The notes under the pieces were generated by a model. That model did not search any database and was not told the origin of the DNA. It saw nothing but the letters and a program-made list of their open reading frames with translations. From contig CAVWHO010000007.1 of the NCBI GenBank assembly GCA_963754875.1, positions 64,001-128,000 on the forward strand: a stretch of DNA of 64,000 nucleotides, written 5' to 3'. The number at the start of each line of letters is the position of its first letter. Position 1 is the stretch's first letter. This document shows positions 20,807 to 33,054 of this stretch, one piece after another. This DNA is from Nitrospirota bacterium. GTDB lineage: Bacteria > Nitrospirota > UBA9217. The position numbers and the translations under genes were made by a program.

Positions 20807-20878
20807 GAGTCTCAGGTCTCGGGTCTCATGTTCGCAGTCAGCAGTGACCTTGAGACTTGAGACTGCAAACTTGAGACT
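20807..20878. repeat. Inverted degenerate heptamer array
   Basis: GAGTCTC AGGTCTC GGGTCTC ... TGAGACT TGAGACT GCAAACT TGAGACT. Confidence 0.75.
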
Positions 20879-20888
20879 ACAAATCGAG

Positions 20889-22439
<1,551 letters not shown>

Positions 22440-22976
22440 TTAGTTCATTAATTGACTGCGCATTTTGTCCAGCTGGTTCTTGATGGTCCCGTCATAGATG
22501 ACGCTCCCGATCTGGGCCCGGGCCCCGCCGATGAGGGACGCTTCTACGTGTGCATCGATATCCACCTGCTTGCCCGTAAGCGCTTCCAGTTTTTTCTTGA
22601 TGTCCGCAAGATCGCCGGCATTAATGGCCACTGCCGTGGTGAGCCGTACGGCGGCGCGGTTCTGACGTTCGGCCAGGATTTCGAGGAACGCCTCGTAGAT
22701 GTCTTTGATGTACCTGATCCTACCGGTTTCGGCCAGGTGTTCGAAAAAAAGCTGGGTCGTCGGCTGCATCTTCAGCTTGCCTGCAAGTTCTTTAATGACC
22801 GTTTTTTTATTCTCCGGGGTAAAGACGGGGTTGATAAACAACTGCCACAGGGAGGGCTCTGCGTCCACGGCCGCAACGAATGAAGCAAAATCGCTTTTGA
22901 TCTTGTCAACGGCCTTTTTCTCCTCAGCGAGTTCCACGAGGGCCCGCGCGTATCTCTTCGCGATGGTCCGGATCAT
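22440..22976 (-). CDS. atpH: ATP synthase F1 delta subunit
   Basis: AKRYARAL and LIGG...IYDGTIK motifs. Confidence 0.96.
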   Translation of the reverse strand: MIRTIAKRYARALVELAEEKKAVDKIKSDFASFVAAVDAEPSLWQLFINPVFTPENKKTVIKELAGKLKMQPTTQLFFEHLAETGRIRYIKDIYEAFLEILAERQNRAAVRLTTAVAINAGDLADIKKKLEALTGKQVDIDAHVEASLIGGARAQIGSVIYDGTIKNQLDKMRSQLMN

Positions 22977-23569
22977 GCTTTGCCTCCCACTTTGGAGATA
23001 TACTCTTTCACAATGCGGTCATGGTCCTGTTTGCCGATCTTGTCCTTAATTCTCCCCTCGGCAAGGTCCAGGGAAAGGAGAGCGGCTTCGGTTGCCAAGG
23101 CGGCCTTGGCCTTCATGACCTCGAGATCGATGCCCTGCTTGGCCTGAGCCTGAATGTCCTGCGCCGCTTTTTTCCCCTCTTCAACCAGGGCCTGTCTGTC
23201 CTTTTCGCCGCGGGCCCGGGCATCGGCAATGAGCTTGGATGTTTCTGCCTCGAGTTCCTTGATCTTCCGCTCCATCTCCGCGAGCGCTGCAACGGCCCGT
23301 TCCCGGGTTTCTTTCGATTCCTGCATGGCTTTGGCGATTTCTGCGGAACGGTTCTTGAAGAAATCCCGGACCGGTTTTCTCGTGAAGTAGACGACAACCG
23401 CGGCAATGATGGCGAAATTCACCAATCGCGGCAGCCAGTCTCCGACGAAAGTCATTGCCTCTTCGCCGCCATGACCGGCCTCCTCCTGGGCAAGCGCCAG
23501 GGATGCATGGATGACACCGAGCAAGCCATAACAGAACGGTGCGAGTTTCTTGAGCACGTTGGTCATCAT
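22973..23569 (-). CDS. atpF: ATP synthase Fo subunit b
   Basis: LVNFAII TM segment followed by a coiled coil; operon position. Confidence 0.9.
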   Translation of the reverse strand: MMTNVLKKLAPFCYGLLGVIHASLALAQEEAGHGGEEAMTFVGDWLPRLVNFAIIAAVVVYFTRKPVRDFFKNRSAEIAKAMQESKETRERAVAALAEMERKIKELEAETSKLIADARARGEKDRQALVEEGKKAAQDIQAQAKQGIDLEVMKAKAALATEAALLSLDLAEGRIKDKIGKQDHDRIVKEYISKVGGKA

Positions 23570-23570
23570 C

Positions 23571-23996
23571 TTACACCGCCCTTCCGAGCAGTTTGGCGGA
23601 GATATCTTGTGACAACCGCTCCGCTTCTTTCCTGAGGTCACCACGGGCAGCCGCGGACGCCGCCGCGATCTCACCGCGCGCCTTGTCCAGCAGCTCGCCG
23701 CTCGTGGACCGCTCCGCGGCAATCATGTCGCGCTGGGCATCAAGGCCCTGCTGATACAACGAATTGTAGTCGGTCGTTGCTTTCTGCTTGGCCTCGGCAA
23801 GCGAGCCGTTGTACTGTTCGAGCAGGTTCTGCATCCGCTGCTGCGCCGCCTTGGCGTCGCTGAAAGCCGAGCTGATGTCCTGCTCGCGCTCCTGCATGAT
23901 CTGTCTGATGGGCTTGAAGAGGATTACATTAAGCACGATGAGCAGAATAATGAAGTTGGCAAGCTGGATAAAAAGTGAACTATTAATGTCTATCAT
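23571..23996 (-). CDS. ATP synthase Fo subunit b'
   Basis: MIDINSSLFIQLANFIILLIVLNVILFKPI plus coiled coil. Confidence 0.9.
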   Translation of the reverse strand: MIDINSSLFIQLANFIILLIVLNVILFKPIRQIMQEREQDISSAFSDAKAAQQRMQNLLEQYNGSLAEAKQKATTDYNSLYQQGLDAQRDMIAAERSTSGELLDKARGEIAAASAAARGDLRKEAERLSQDISAKLLGRAV

Positions 23997-24053
23997 TTTT
24001 GAGAGTGCCTCGTACGGGAAAAGAAACAACAATCAGCCTTAAAAAACGTCAAA

Positions 24054-24082
24054 AAGTTAACACAACGAAAATCTGTTGTCAA
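24054..24082 (-). promoter_or_regulatory. Sigma70 promoter of the atp operon
   Basis: TTGACA-17-TAACTT on the minus strand. Confidence 0.55.
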
Positions 24083-24200
24083 GAAATATCAGTTATAAAA
24101 TATATAAATGATAGTACTATTTTTGATTATAGATAAGGGAATGAACAAAAAGGCAGGAAGGGCGCGTATCTGCAGTTGCGCGGTCGCGCAACCCCGGCGC

Positions 24201-26720
24201 TCATGGCCCGTGATGCCGCGCCGGCCCGGGACCGGCGTCGAGAATTTTCCGCACATGCTTCAGGAGATCGCGCGGAGACACAGGCTTCGCAAGGAAGCCG
24301 GCGTCGTCCACGAGAATACCTTTCGCCCGCATCAAATCTGAGGAATAGCCGCTCGTGAACAGCGCTTTCACGTCGGGATGGTCCTGCTTGATCGTTTCGT
24401 ACACTTCGGTGCCGTTTTTCTTCGGCATGAGAATATCCATACAGAGCAGCTGAATTTCTTTTTCATGCTCCTTGAACTTCTTCAGGGCATCTTCGCCGTC
24501 TACGGCATCGATGACCGTGTACCCGAACCCTTCGAGGACGGCGTGGGTGAGGTTTCTGACGTTATCATCATCTTCCGCAACAAGGATGGTCGCCAGACCG
24601 CCTTCCAGGTCATCGGGTTCAGCCGGCAGTGCGTCTTCCAGCGGGGCGCTTATCAACGGCACATAGAGCATGAACGTCGTTCCTTTGCCCGGCTCACTGG
24701 ACGCGTTAATATAGCCGCCGTGCTGCTTGATGATGCCGTATACAATGGACAAGCCTAAGCCGGTGCCCTTTCCGACCTCCTTGGTTGTATAGAAAGGTTC
24801 GAAAATACGTTTGAGGGTCATCTCTTCCATCCCCGTTCCGGTGTCCGAGACATGCAGGAGCCCATAGGTGCCGACTTTCCCGTACCCGTAGGTTCTGATG
24901 AACTCAGCATTGAGATCGGCAATCGTGGTCTCTATGGTCAACAGGCCCCCTTTCGGCATGGCGTCCCGCGCATTCGCGGCGAGGTTCATCAGCACCTGTT
25001 CGATCTGGCCAATGTCCGCCTTGATCATCACCGGCGTACGATTCGCGACGATCTTGATATCGATGTCTTCGCCGATCAGACGCGAAAGGAGCTTCTGCGC
25101 CCGTTCCACCAGGGCAACGAGGTCGACTGTTTTGAAATGCATCGGCTGTTTTCTGCTGAACGCAAGAAGGCTCTGGGTAAGGCTCGCCGCGCGCTCCGTG
25201 GACGTAAGGATCTGGTCCACGTAGGAGCGGAGCGCGTCGTTTGCCGGAATTTTCAGTTGGAGGAGTGTCCCGTATCCGATGATGGCCGTTAAGATGTTGT
25301 TAAAATCGTGGGCAATGCCTCCCGCCAGCGTCCCTATTGCCTCCATTTTCTGGGCGTGGCGAAGCTGGTCCTCGAGCCGCTTTTTCTCCGTCACATCGTT
25401 ATGGATCTCGATAGCGGAAACAATCCGTCCCAGGGAATCCTTGAGCGGAAAAGCCTTCGTCTCAATGTACAGCGCGCTCCCGTCCTTATCATAATGCACG
25501 TGGATTGCCGTGTGACGGGCGCCGGTTTCAAAGGCCTTCCGAACGGCGCAGTCCTCGCCTGCTTCAAAGCACGGCATGGTTATGCGGTGCGACACTTCAT
25601 AGCAATATTTCCCGATAATGTCCTGGACCGACATTTTGAGCTTGTCGGCATAGGCCTTGTTGGCCGAAAGGATCCGGTACTGGGGGTTGATGACGGTAAA
25701 CCCTTCGTCCACGCTCTCCAGCACATTCTTCACGAATTCCGTGGCATGACGGTGCTCGGTGATGTCCCGGAAGATGCCGCGCGTCGCGACCGCGACGCCA
25801 TCCACGATGCTGCAATGGATGTTCCCTTCGACGATGAGCGACTTACCGCTTTTCGTCATAAGCAGGAATTCTACGTGATCGAGCTTTTCTCCCGCGGTCG
25901 CGCGCCTGAAGATTTCCGTGCAGTGCTGCCGGAAGTCGGGGTGGATGACGTCGAGCAAGGCGAGCCGGGATGCTTCGTCCGCGCTGTATCCGAGGGCTTC
26001 GCGCCACGCCCGGTTAACGTATTGGAACGTCCCGTCTGCAGCCACGCTCTGGATCAGGTCATTTGCATTTTCGAAGAGGTCCCGGTATCGTGCTTCGCTC
26101 TCCTGGAGGGCCTGCTCCTCTTTTTTCCGCTGGGTAACGTCCCGGGCAATGCCGAAGACGCCGACGATCCTGCCGTTGTGTACTTGCGGTGTGATAGTGA
26201 ATTCTCCGGTCAGAACGTCTCCCGACCGTGCGAGGATGCGCAGCTCGACGACGTCGGGAATCGAACCATTCATGGTGTTCTGAAGAATTTCCTTTGCCCG
26301 CGCTTCATCATCAGGATGGACGAGCGACAAGAAGTTACTCCCCAGCGTTTCTGCTATCGGCCACCCGGTGATCGTTTCGAACGCGGGGTTAATGGAGGTA
26401 AACTTCCCTTCAGGGGAAAACGTGCAGATCATGTCGCGGGCCGTTTCGATCACGCTGCTGTAGCGTACTTCGGATTCGTGAAACCTTGTTTCGGAATGCC
26501 GCAAGCGCTCAATGAGTCGTCCTGCATACAGGCCGAAACCGAAGAACATGAGCACGACAAATGAACGGATCAGGATGTCCTTGAAAGAGGGGGCGATCAG
26601 GACCTGCAGGAAGGATCCATTTTGGAAAAGCAAGGCATCTATGAGAGCATCGGCCAGCCACGAGAGAAGGCCGAGCCCGATGCCGATCAGAAGCATGCTT
26701 CTGGTTATGGTCGTCTTCAA
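24201..26720 (-). CDS. Multi-PAS hybrid sensor histidine kinase / receiver
   Basis: 2 TM helices, 3 PAS/PAC units, IAHDFNNIL H-box, NARDAM, DTGTGM, GTGLGL, C-terminal receiver domain. Confidence 0.95.
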   Translation of the reverse strand: MKTTITRSMLLIGIGLGLLSWLADALIDALLFQNGSFLQVLIAPSFKDILIRSFVVLMFFGFGLYAGRLIERLRHSETRFHESEVRYSSVIETARDMICTFSPEGKFTSINPAFETITGWPIAETLGSNFLSLVHPDDEARAKEILQNTMNGSIPDVVELRILARSGDVLTGEFTITPQVHNGRIVGVFGIARDVTQRKKEEQALQESEARYRDLFENANDLIQSVAADGTFQYVNRAWREALGYSADEASRLALLDVIHPDFRQHCTEIFRRATAGEKLDHVEFLLMTKSGKSLIVEGNIHCSIVDGVAVATRGIFRDITEHRHATEFVKNVLESVDEGFTVINPQYRILSANKAYADKLKMSVQDIIGKYCYEVSHRITMPCFEAGEDCAVRKAFETGARHTAIHVHYDKDGSALYIETKAFPLKDSLGRIVSAIEIHNDVTEKKRLEDQLRHAQKMEAIGTLAGGIAHDFNNILTAIIGYGTLLQLKIPANDALRSYVDQILTSTERAASLTQSLLAFSRKQPMHFKTVDLVALVERAQKLLSRLIGEDIDIKIVANRTPVMIKADIGQIEQVLMNLAANARDAMPKGGLLTIETTIADLNAEFIRTYGYGKVGTYGLLHVSDTGTGMEEMTLKRIFEPFYTTKEVGKGTGLGLSIVYGIIKQHGGYINASSEPGKGTTFMLYVPLISAPLEDALPAEPDDLEGGLATILVAEDDDNVRNLTHAVLEGFGYTVIDAVDGEDALKKFKEHEKEIQLLCMDILMPKKNGTEVYETIKQDHPDVKALFTSGYSSDLMRAKGILVDDAGFLAKPVSPRDLLKHVRKILDAGPGPARHHGP

Positions 26721-26834
26721 TCAGCCTCCATCAGGGACACCACTCTCAAAAAGAACTGAACGTCGGATGAACGCCGACATTTGAGGACTTTGCAGAGAAA
26801 ACAGGAATTGCCTTCGAACGTACCATCCTGACAT

Positions 26835-26959
26835 GCATATTTCGAGGCCCCGTAGACGGAGGGGATTTCTTGAAAAAGCGAAGCCTCCTCTCCCGTGGTT
26901 GCTCCGAGAATGGTCTCCTGGGCCTGGGCAAAGCTTTGCATTGGGCAAATTGCAATCAT
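26835..26959 (-). pseudogene. N-terminal remnant of a TonB-dependent receptor
   Basis: Signal-like segment then EEASLFQEIPSVYGASKY, after which similarity stops. Confidence 0.55.
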
Positions 26960-27204
26960 AACTATCGGGGAAATAGAGAAAATTGCTTTTGCAGGAAAGC
27001 GCTTGCAAAATCCCTTCCTTCTCTGACATATCGGAACAACGTATTAATTCTTTAACCAGGGAATAAAAAATCTGCTGTTTTTTTCGTGCTAAAAACCGCT
27101 GTAGGGATCTCTTCAACAGCCCGATGTCCTCTCCTGATTACAAAGTCCTTTACTCACCCGTCAGGTGGTGGTAAAATACTGTTTCGCTTCGAGTCGTCTT
27201 ACTT

Positions 27205-30009
27205 ATGGATAAAATCATTATTAAAGGCTGTCGCCAGCACAACCTCAAGAACATCGACCTCGAAATCCCCCGGGATAAGCTCGTGGTGATCACCGGTTTG
27301 TCAGGCTCGGGCAAATCATCGCTTGCCTTCGATACCATCTACGCCGAAGGCCAGCGCAGGTACGTCGAGAGCCTTTCTGCGTACGCCCGCCAGTTCCTGG
27401 GCCAGATGGACAAGCCCGACGTGGACTCCATCGACGGTCTCTCTCCTGCCATCGCGATCGAACAGAAAACGACGAGCAAGAACCCGCGCTCTACCGTCGG
27501 CACGGTGACCGAAGTCTACGACTACCTGCGGCTCCTCTATGCCCGGATAGGGAAGCCCTATTGTTACAAATGCGGCAGGGAGATCGCTGCCCAAACGGTC
27601 CAGCAGATCACCGACGCGGTCATGGCCCTGCCTGCCAATACGCGCATCCAGGTCCTGGCGCCGATCGTGCGGGGAAGAAAAGGCGAATACAAAAAGGAAC
27701 TCATGGCCGCGGGCGCATCGGGGTATGTACGCGCCCGTGTGGACGGCGTGATCAAGGAACTCTCCGAGCCCATCCCGATGGACAAGAAGAAGAAACACGA
27801 CATCGAGATCGTGATCGACCGCCTCGTGATCAAGCCCGGCGTCGAGCGGAGACTCGCCGAATCCATCGAAACGGCGCTCCGCCAGGCCGAAGGCATCGTG
27901 CTGGTGAACCTCGTTGACGAGAAGCGCGACAACCTTTACAGCGAAAAACTCGCCTGCCTCATCGACGGCATCAGCTACCCCGAGATCGCTCCCAACAGCT
28001 TTTCCTTCAACAGTCCCCAGGGCGCCTGCCCCACCTGCGACGGACTGGGCGGGCTTCTGGAATTCGATCCTGAGCTCATCGTCCCCAATCCCAACCTCTC
28101 GCTCCGGGAAGGCGCAATCAAGCCTTGGGCAAAACGCACGTCGTACCAGTATTTCCAGATGCTCGATTCTCTGGCGCAGAGTTGCGGTTTCAATGTAAAT
28201 ATGCCGTTCAAGGATCTGAAACCGGCACAGCAGAAAGCGCTGTTATACGGCATTGGCGAGAACGGGGCCAAAACCGCAGCAGGGCGGGGCGCCAAAGCCG
28301 CTGCATGCATGCCCTTTGAGGGTATCCTGTCGATCCTGAAGCAGCGGTATGACGAGACCGATTCGTTCGCGACCCAGTGGGAGCTCGAACAGTACATGAG
28401 CTACCAGACCTGTCCGGACTGCAACGGGAGCCGTTTGCGCAAGGAATCGCTCGCCATCAAGGTGGCCGGCCTCGCTATTAGTGAAGTGACGCACATGAGC
28501 ATCAAACAGGCGCTTGTTTTTTTCAAGGAGCTCAGGCTCACGGAAAAGGAAACCTCGATCGCCCAGCGGATTCTGAAAGAGATCCGGGAGCGGCTCGGGT
28601 TCATGGTGCACGTGGGCCTCGACTACCTCACCCTCGACCGCGGCTCGTCCACGCTCTCCGGCGGCGAAGGCCAGCGCATCAGGCTCGCCACGCAAATCGG
28701 ATCATCACTCGTGGGCGTGCTCTATATCCTGGACGAACCCAGCATCGGCCTGCACCAGCGCGACAACCGGCGGCTGCTCGATACGCTCTTCCGGCTCCGC
28801 GACCTCGGCAATACTGTACTCGTCGTAGAGCATGACGAAGAAACGATCCGCTTAGCCGACCACGTGATCGATATGGGTCCCGGCGCCGGCGTGCACGGCG
28901 GCGAGATCGTGGCCCAGGGCACTCCTGAGGAAATCAAAAAAGTTGCACAGTCTCTTACGGGCCAATACCTCTCGGGCAAGGCGTTCATTCAGGTGCCGCA
29001 GACCCGCAGGTCTTTTGAAAAATCGATCAGCGTCGTGAACGCAACGGAGAACAATCTCAAGAACATCACCGTCCAGTTCCCGCTCGGCGTGTTTACCTGC
29101 GTGACCGGCGTCTCGGGGTCGGGCAAGAGCACGCTCGTCGTGGACATCCTGTACCGCGCCCTTGCTCAGCGCCTCTACCGCTCCACGGATCGAGCCGGCA
29201 AGCACAAAGACATCAAGGGCTTGGAGCACATCGATAAGGTAATCGACATCGATCAGTCGCCCATCGGCAGGACGCCGCGCTCGAACCCCGCCACCTATAC
29301 CGGCGTGTTCGGCCCGGTCAGAGACCTCTTTGCCCAGCTGCCGGAGTCGCGCATGCGCGGTTACAAGCCCGGCCGCTACAGTTTCAACGTCAAGGGCGGC
29401 AGGTGCGAGGCCTGTGAAGGCGACGGCTTGATAAAGATCGAGATGCATTTCCTGCCTGATGTGTACGTGACCTGCGACGTTTGCCACGGCACCCGTTACA
29501 ACCGCGAGACCCTGGACATCAAGTACAAAGGGAAAAACATCGCCGAGGTCCTCGGCATGACCGTGGAGCAGGCCTTTGACTTTTTCCAGAACGTGCCGCC
29601 CGTCCGGTCCAAGCTCCAGACCCTTCTGGATGTGGGACTTGGATACATCACGCTCGGGCAGTCGGCAACCACGCTTTCGGGCGGCGAGTCGCAGCGCGTG
29701 AAGCTTTCGAAGGAGCTGTCCCGGCGCGCAACAGGCCGTACGCTCTACATTCTTGACGAGCCCACGACAGGCCTCCATTTCGCCGACACCCAGAAGCTCC
29801 TGGACATGCTGAACCAGCTCGTGGACTCGGGCAACACCGTGGTAGTGATCGAGCACAACCTCGACGTGATCAAGACCGCGGACTGGATCGTCGATCTCGG
29901 TCCCGAAGGCGGGGACCGCGGGGGACAGATCGTGGTCCAGGGAAAGCCCGAGGATGTGGCCAAAGTAAAGGAGTCGTATACCGGGCAGTTTTTAAGGAAG
30001 ATTTTGTAG
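27205..30009 (+). CDS. uvrA: Excinuclease ABC subunit A
   Basis: Two ABC ATPase domains ([16 protein letters not shown]), zinc fingers, LSGGE signatures. Confidence 0.99.
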   Translation: MDKIIIKGCRQHNLKNIDLEIPRDKLVVITGLSGSGKSSLAFDTIYAEGQRRYVESLSAYARQFLGQMDKPDVDSIDGLSPAIAIEQKTTSKNPRSTVGTVTEVYDYLRLLYARIGKPYCYKCGREIAAQTVQQITDAVMALPANTRIQVLAPIVRGRKGEYKKELMAAGASGYVRARVDGVIKELSEPIPMDKKKKHDIEIVIDRLVIKPGVERRLAESIETALRQAEGIVLVNLVDEKRDNLYSEKLACLIDGISYPEIAPNSFSFNSPQGACPTCDGLGGLLEFDPELIVPNPNLSLREGAIKPWAKRTSYQYFQMLDSLAQSCGFNVNMPFKDLKPAQQKALLYGIGENGAKTAAGRGAKAAACMPFEGILSILKQRYDETDSFATQWELEQYMSYQTCPDCNGSRLRKESLAIKVAGLAISEVTHMSIKQALVFFKELRLTEKETSIAQRILKEIRERLGFMVHVGLDYLTLDRGSSTLSGGEGQRIRLATQIGSSLVGVLYILDEPSIGLHQRDNRRLLDTLFRLRDLGNTVLVVEHDEETIRLADHVIDMGPGAGVHGGEIVAQGTPEEIKKVAQSLTGQYLSGKAFIQVPQTRRSFEKSISVVNATENNLKNITVQFPLGVFTCVTGVSGSGKSTLVVDILYRALAQRLYRSTDRAGKHKDIKGLEHIDKVIDIDQSPIGRTPRSNPATYTGVFGPVRDLFAQLPESRMRGYKPGRYSFNVKGGRCEACEGDGLIKIEMHFLPDVYVTCDVCHGTRYNRETLDIKYKGKNIAEVLGMTVEQAFDFFQNVPPVRSKLQTLLDVGLGYITLGQSATTLSGGESQRVKLSKELSRRATGRTLYILDEPTTGLHFADTQKLLDMLNQLVDSGNTVVVIEHNLDVIKTADWIVDLGPEGGDRGGQIVVQGKPEDVAKVKESYTGQFLRKIL

Positions 30010-30098
30010 CACGATGCCTTTCTTTTTCACTTGCATTATGCGTTGCATCATATATCCTTGTATCCTGTATCTATTCTTTGATTTGATCCGGAGGCCCT

Positions 30099-30572
30099 AT
30101 GAACCGCATCCTGTCCTGTTTCGCCGCCATCATCCTTCTCACCACCGCATCCGCCTGCAGCGCCAAAAAACCGATCGAACAAACTGCATACAAAAGCAAA
30201 ACCGTTCTTTCCGTCCTGAGGGACATGGACAACTATTATGAAAAGAAAGACCTCGACTCTTTCATGTCCGACGTATCCCCGTCATACCGCGGCCGGGAAG
30301 CGTTCGCCAAATCCCTTGCAGCCGTGTTCTCGAAGTATGACACGATCCATTTCAATGTCCAGTATGCCAAGATGATCATCTTGATCGAACAGACGAGACA
30401 GATGAAAGTGACCTTTACGTGGGACGCAGAATGGATGGCAGCAGGCGGCACGAGCATAAAGGACGGCGGCAGAGTGACGCTGGTTTTTGAGCCGGGCGAC
30501 TTCAAACTCATTTCTATTGATGGAAAGAACCCCTTCCTGGCTCAACCGGGAGAAACGCCGGGGAAACAATAG
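30099..30572 (+). CDS. Lipoprotein, possible NTF2-like fold
   Basis: Lipobox ASAC; YEKKDLDSFMSDVSPSY; GGAGG SD. Confidence 0.7.
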   Translation: MNRILSCFAAIILLTTASACSAKKPIEQTAYKSKTVLSVLRDMDNYYEKKDLDSFMSDVSPSYRGREAFAKSLAAVFSKYDTIHFNVQYAKMIILIEQTRQMKVTFTWDAEWMAAGGTSIKDGGRVTLVFEPGDFKLISIDGKNPFLAQPGETPGKQ

Positions 30573-30642
30573 ACCGATACAGGATGCAGGATTCATGACG
30601 TTTTTTTATCGTGCATCCTGCATCGTACATCACTGACCTACC

Positions 30643-32222
30643 ATGGACTTTATCCAGGAACAGAGAGAGACTGATTTTCTCATCATCGGCGGCGGCGTTG
30701 CAGGCCTCCGGGCCGCGGTCGAACTTGCGCGGAACGGCGATGTCCTCGTCGTGACCAAGGACGCCCCGTCCGAGAGCAGCAGCGAATACGCCCAGGGAGG
30801 TGTTGCCGTTGCGTTGTCCGATGAGGACGAGATCTCGATCCACCTCGAAGACACGCTTCGCGCCGGAGACGGGCTGTGCCTGCGCAAGGCCGTCGGCACG
30901 CTCGTCGAGGAGGGGCCGACCCGCATCCGCGAGCTCATCCTGTGGGGAGCCGAGTTCGACAAGGAGGGCACCAGGCTCGCCTTCACGCAGGAAGCCGCCC
31001 ATTCGAAGCGAAGGATCCTCCACGCCCAGGGCGACTCGACGGGACACGAGATCATGCGGGTGCTCATCGACAAGGTACGCTCCTCGGCCAGGGTGTCAAA
31101 GATCGATTTTGCTTTTACTCGTGACCTGATCGTTCGCGACGGGAAATGCGTCGGAGCAATCGTATGCCAGCAATCCCTCAAAAAAGTGTTGATCATCTCA
31201 GCACGAGCCGTACTTCTCGCCACCGGCGGAGCGGGCCAGCTCTTTGAACGGACCACGAACCCGGCGGTTGCGACCGGAGACGGCATGGCCATGGCGTATC
31301 GTGCCGGCGCCGCGCTGGTCGACATGGAGTTCGTCCAGTTCCATCCCACCGCCCTCTTCCGCTCGGGAGCGCCGCAGTTCCTGCTCTCCGAAGCCATGCG
31401 GGGCGAAGGCGGCATGCTCAGGAACGTCGAGGGACGGCGCTTCATGGATGATTACCATCCGGCGCGGGAGCTTGCGCCGCGCGACATCGTCACCCGCGCG
31501 ATCCATGCCGAGATGATTACTACGAAAGCCGACCACGTGTTCCTCGACATGACGCACCTGAACGCCGAGTACATTGTCAAGCGGTTCCCGCGCATCTACC
31601 GGACCTGCAAAGACCTCGGTATCGACATCTCCCGGGAGCCGATCCCGGTCTCGCCTGCAGCGCATTACATCATGGGCGGAGTGAAGACCGACCTCTGGGG
31701 CGCTACAAACATTCCAGGACTCTTTGCGGCCGGTGAGACGGCCTGCACGGGAGTGCACGGAGCGAACCGCTTGGCGAGCAATTCTCTGCTCGAAGGCCTG
31801 GTGTTCGGCGAGCGCGCCGGACTAGCGGCGGCACGATATGCACCTATGCAGATCGACGGGGTACATCAACATTTCTCACCTCCCGGCCCGCACTGCACGG
31901 CAGGGGCAGCCTGCACCAGACGCTGCTCCGGACGTCAACGACATCCGGTCGCAGGCTCAAGAAGCTGATGTGGGAAAAGGTGGGGATCGTACGGAACAGA
32001 AAAGACCTGAGCAGTGCGCTTGCGCAGCTCCGCGAATGGGACAAAATGATGAAACATCACGCTCCGGAACGGAACGTTTTCGAACTCAAGAACATGATTA
32101 CCACGTCAATGCTCATCACCCGTTCGGCTCTCCTGCGGGAAGGGAGCGTAGGCGCGCATTACCGGAGCGATTTCCCGTCAAAAGGCAGGAACTGGAGGAA
32201 GAGGACGGTTATGGCGAAATGA
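30643..32222 (+). CDS. nadB: L-aspartate oxidase; two apparent +1 frameshifts between 31840 and 31960
   Basis: GGGVAG, AQGGV, FVQFHPT, ELAPRD and HGANRLASNSLLEG motifs; C-terminus MWEKVGIVR...GAHYRSDFP lies in another frame. Confidence 0.92.
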
Positions 32223-32393
32223 TTCTTTGCGTGTGGATTATTCATGCGCGGAAAAACGTCTCTCTGATTCACGAAGATCCTGCTTGACCGGCAGCCATCC
32301 TTTACAATGGCCGGCAGTTTACGTATAATAGCAAATGTGATGTAGAGACCGTATTGTGCTGCTTCGCAAACCCACACGAGGAGGTAGTGTATA

Positions 32394-32639
32394 ATGTATC
32401 AAATTTGGATCGCGGTTATCGGGGCACTTATCATGGCAGGAGGGCTCGGTGGCATCTATTATCTCATCATCAAACAAAATGCCACCTTAGGCATGAAGAC
32501 CATCCAGTTCCTGGCCATCGTTTTTGTCCTGCCGTTGATGCTCGTTCTCGGCGTCATGAATGTCCTGGGAAGAGAGACGATCGGCACGCTTCTCGGCGTT
32601 GTCGTCGGATACGTCCTCTCCGGTTTTGGAAAGGAATAG
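32394..32639 (+). CDS. Small membrane protein (3 TM)
   Basis: 81-aa hydrophobic ORF with GAGGAGG SD. Confidence 0.75.
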   Translation: MYQIWIAVIGALIMAGGLGGIYYLIIKQNATLGMKTIQFLAIVFVLPLMLVLGVMNVLGRETIGTLLGVVVGYVLSGFGKE

Positions 32640-32676
32640 ACCGTCTCGACTGCGGCGCGGTGTAAAAAAACCTCAG

Positions 32677-32703
32677 CGGCAGACCGTAAGTCTGCCTTTT
32701 TTA
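32677..32703 (+). terminator. Intrinsic terminator
   Basis: GGCAGAC cgtaa GTCTGCC T6. Confidence 0.75.
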
Positions 32704-32773
32704 TTACTAGTGCTTCGAGCATCTCCTGTTCTCCCCCCTTATAAAAACCTGCAATTATGATAAAATAGTTAGT

Positions 32774-32953
32774 ATGATATTTTCTGCTGATTCAACCATA
32801 TGGTTCAGTCTGGAGCGGGGGTTCAGCGAGTCCTTCTACATCCTCTGCCCGATATGCTGGAACTCGGGCATCAAAGTGATCCGTTGGGAAGACGGGACAG
32901 AAGAAATGAGCGAGTGTGCCTCGTGCAAGCGCAGGGATGAGGCGATGAAGTGA
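32774..32953 (+). CDS. 59-aa CxxC...CxxC zinc-ribbon microprotein (not in ORF track)
   Basis: MIFSADSTIWFSLERGFSESFYILCPICWNSGIKVIRWEDGTEEMSECASCKRRDEAMK; TGaTAAAAT extended -10 ends 7 nt before the ATG. Confidence 0.6.
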   Translation: MIFSADSTIWFSLERGFSESFYILCPICWNSGIKVIRWEDGTEEMSECASCKRRDEAMK

Positions 32954-33054
32954 CTCATCCAAGAGAAACGGGTGAGTCGACAGAGGAGAGCTGTATGTGA
33001 TGTCGACATGTTCTGCATGCATCCTGAATCCTGCATTGCTGCGTCCCTTTCACA

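Noticed and set aside
27120..27204. LexA box upstream of uvrA
   Set aside because: No convincing CTGT-N8-ACAG or GAAC-N4-GTTC palindrome seen.
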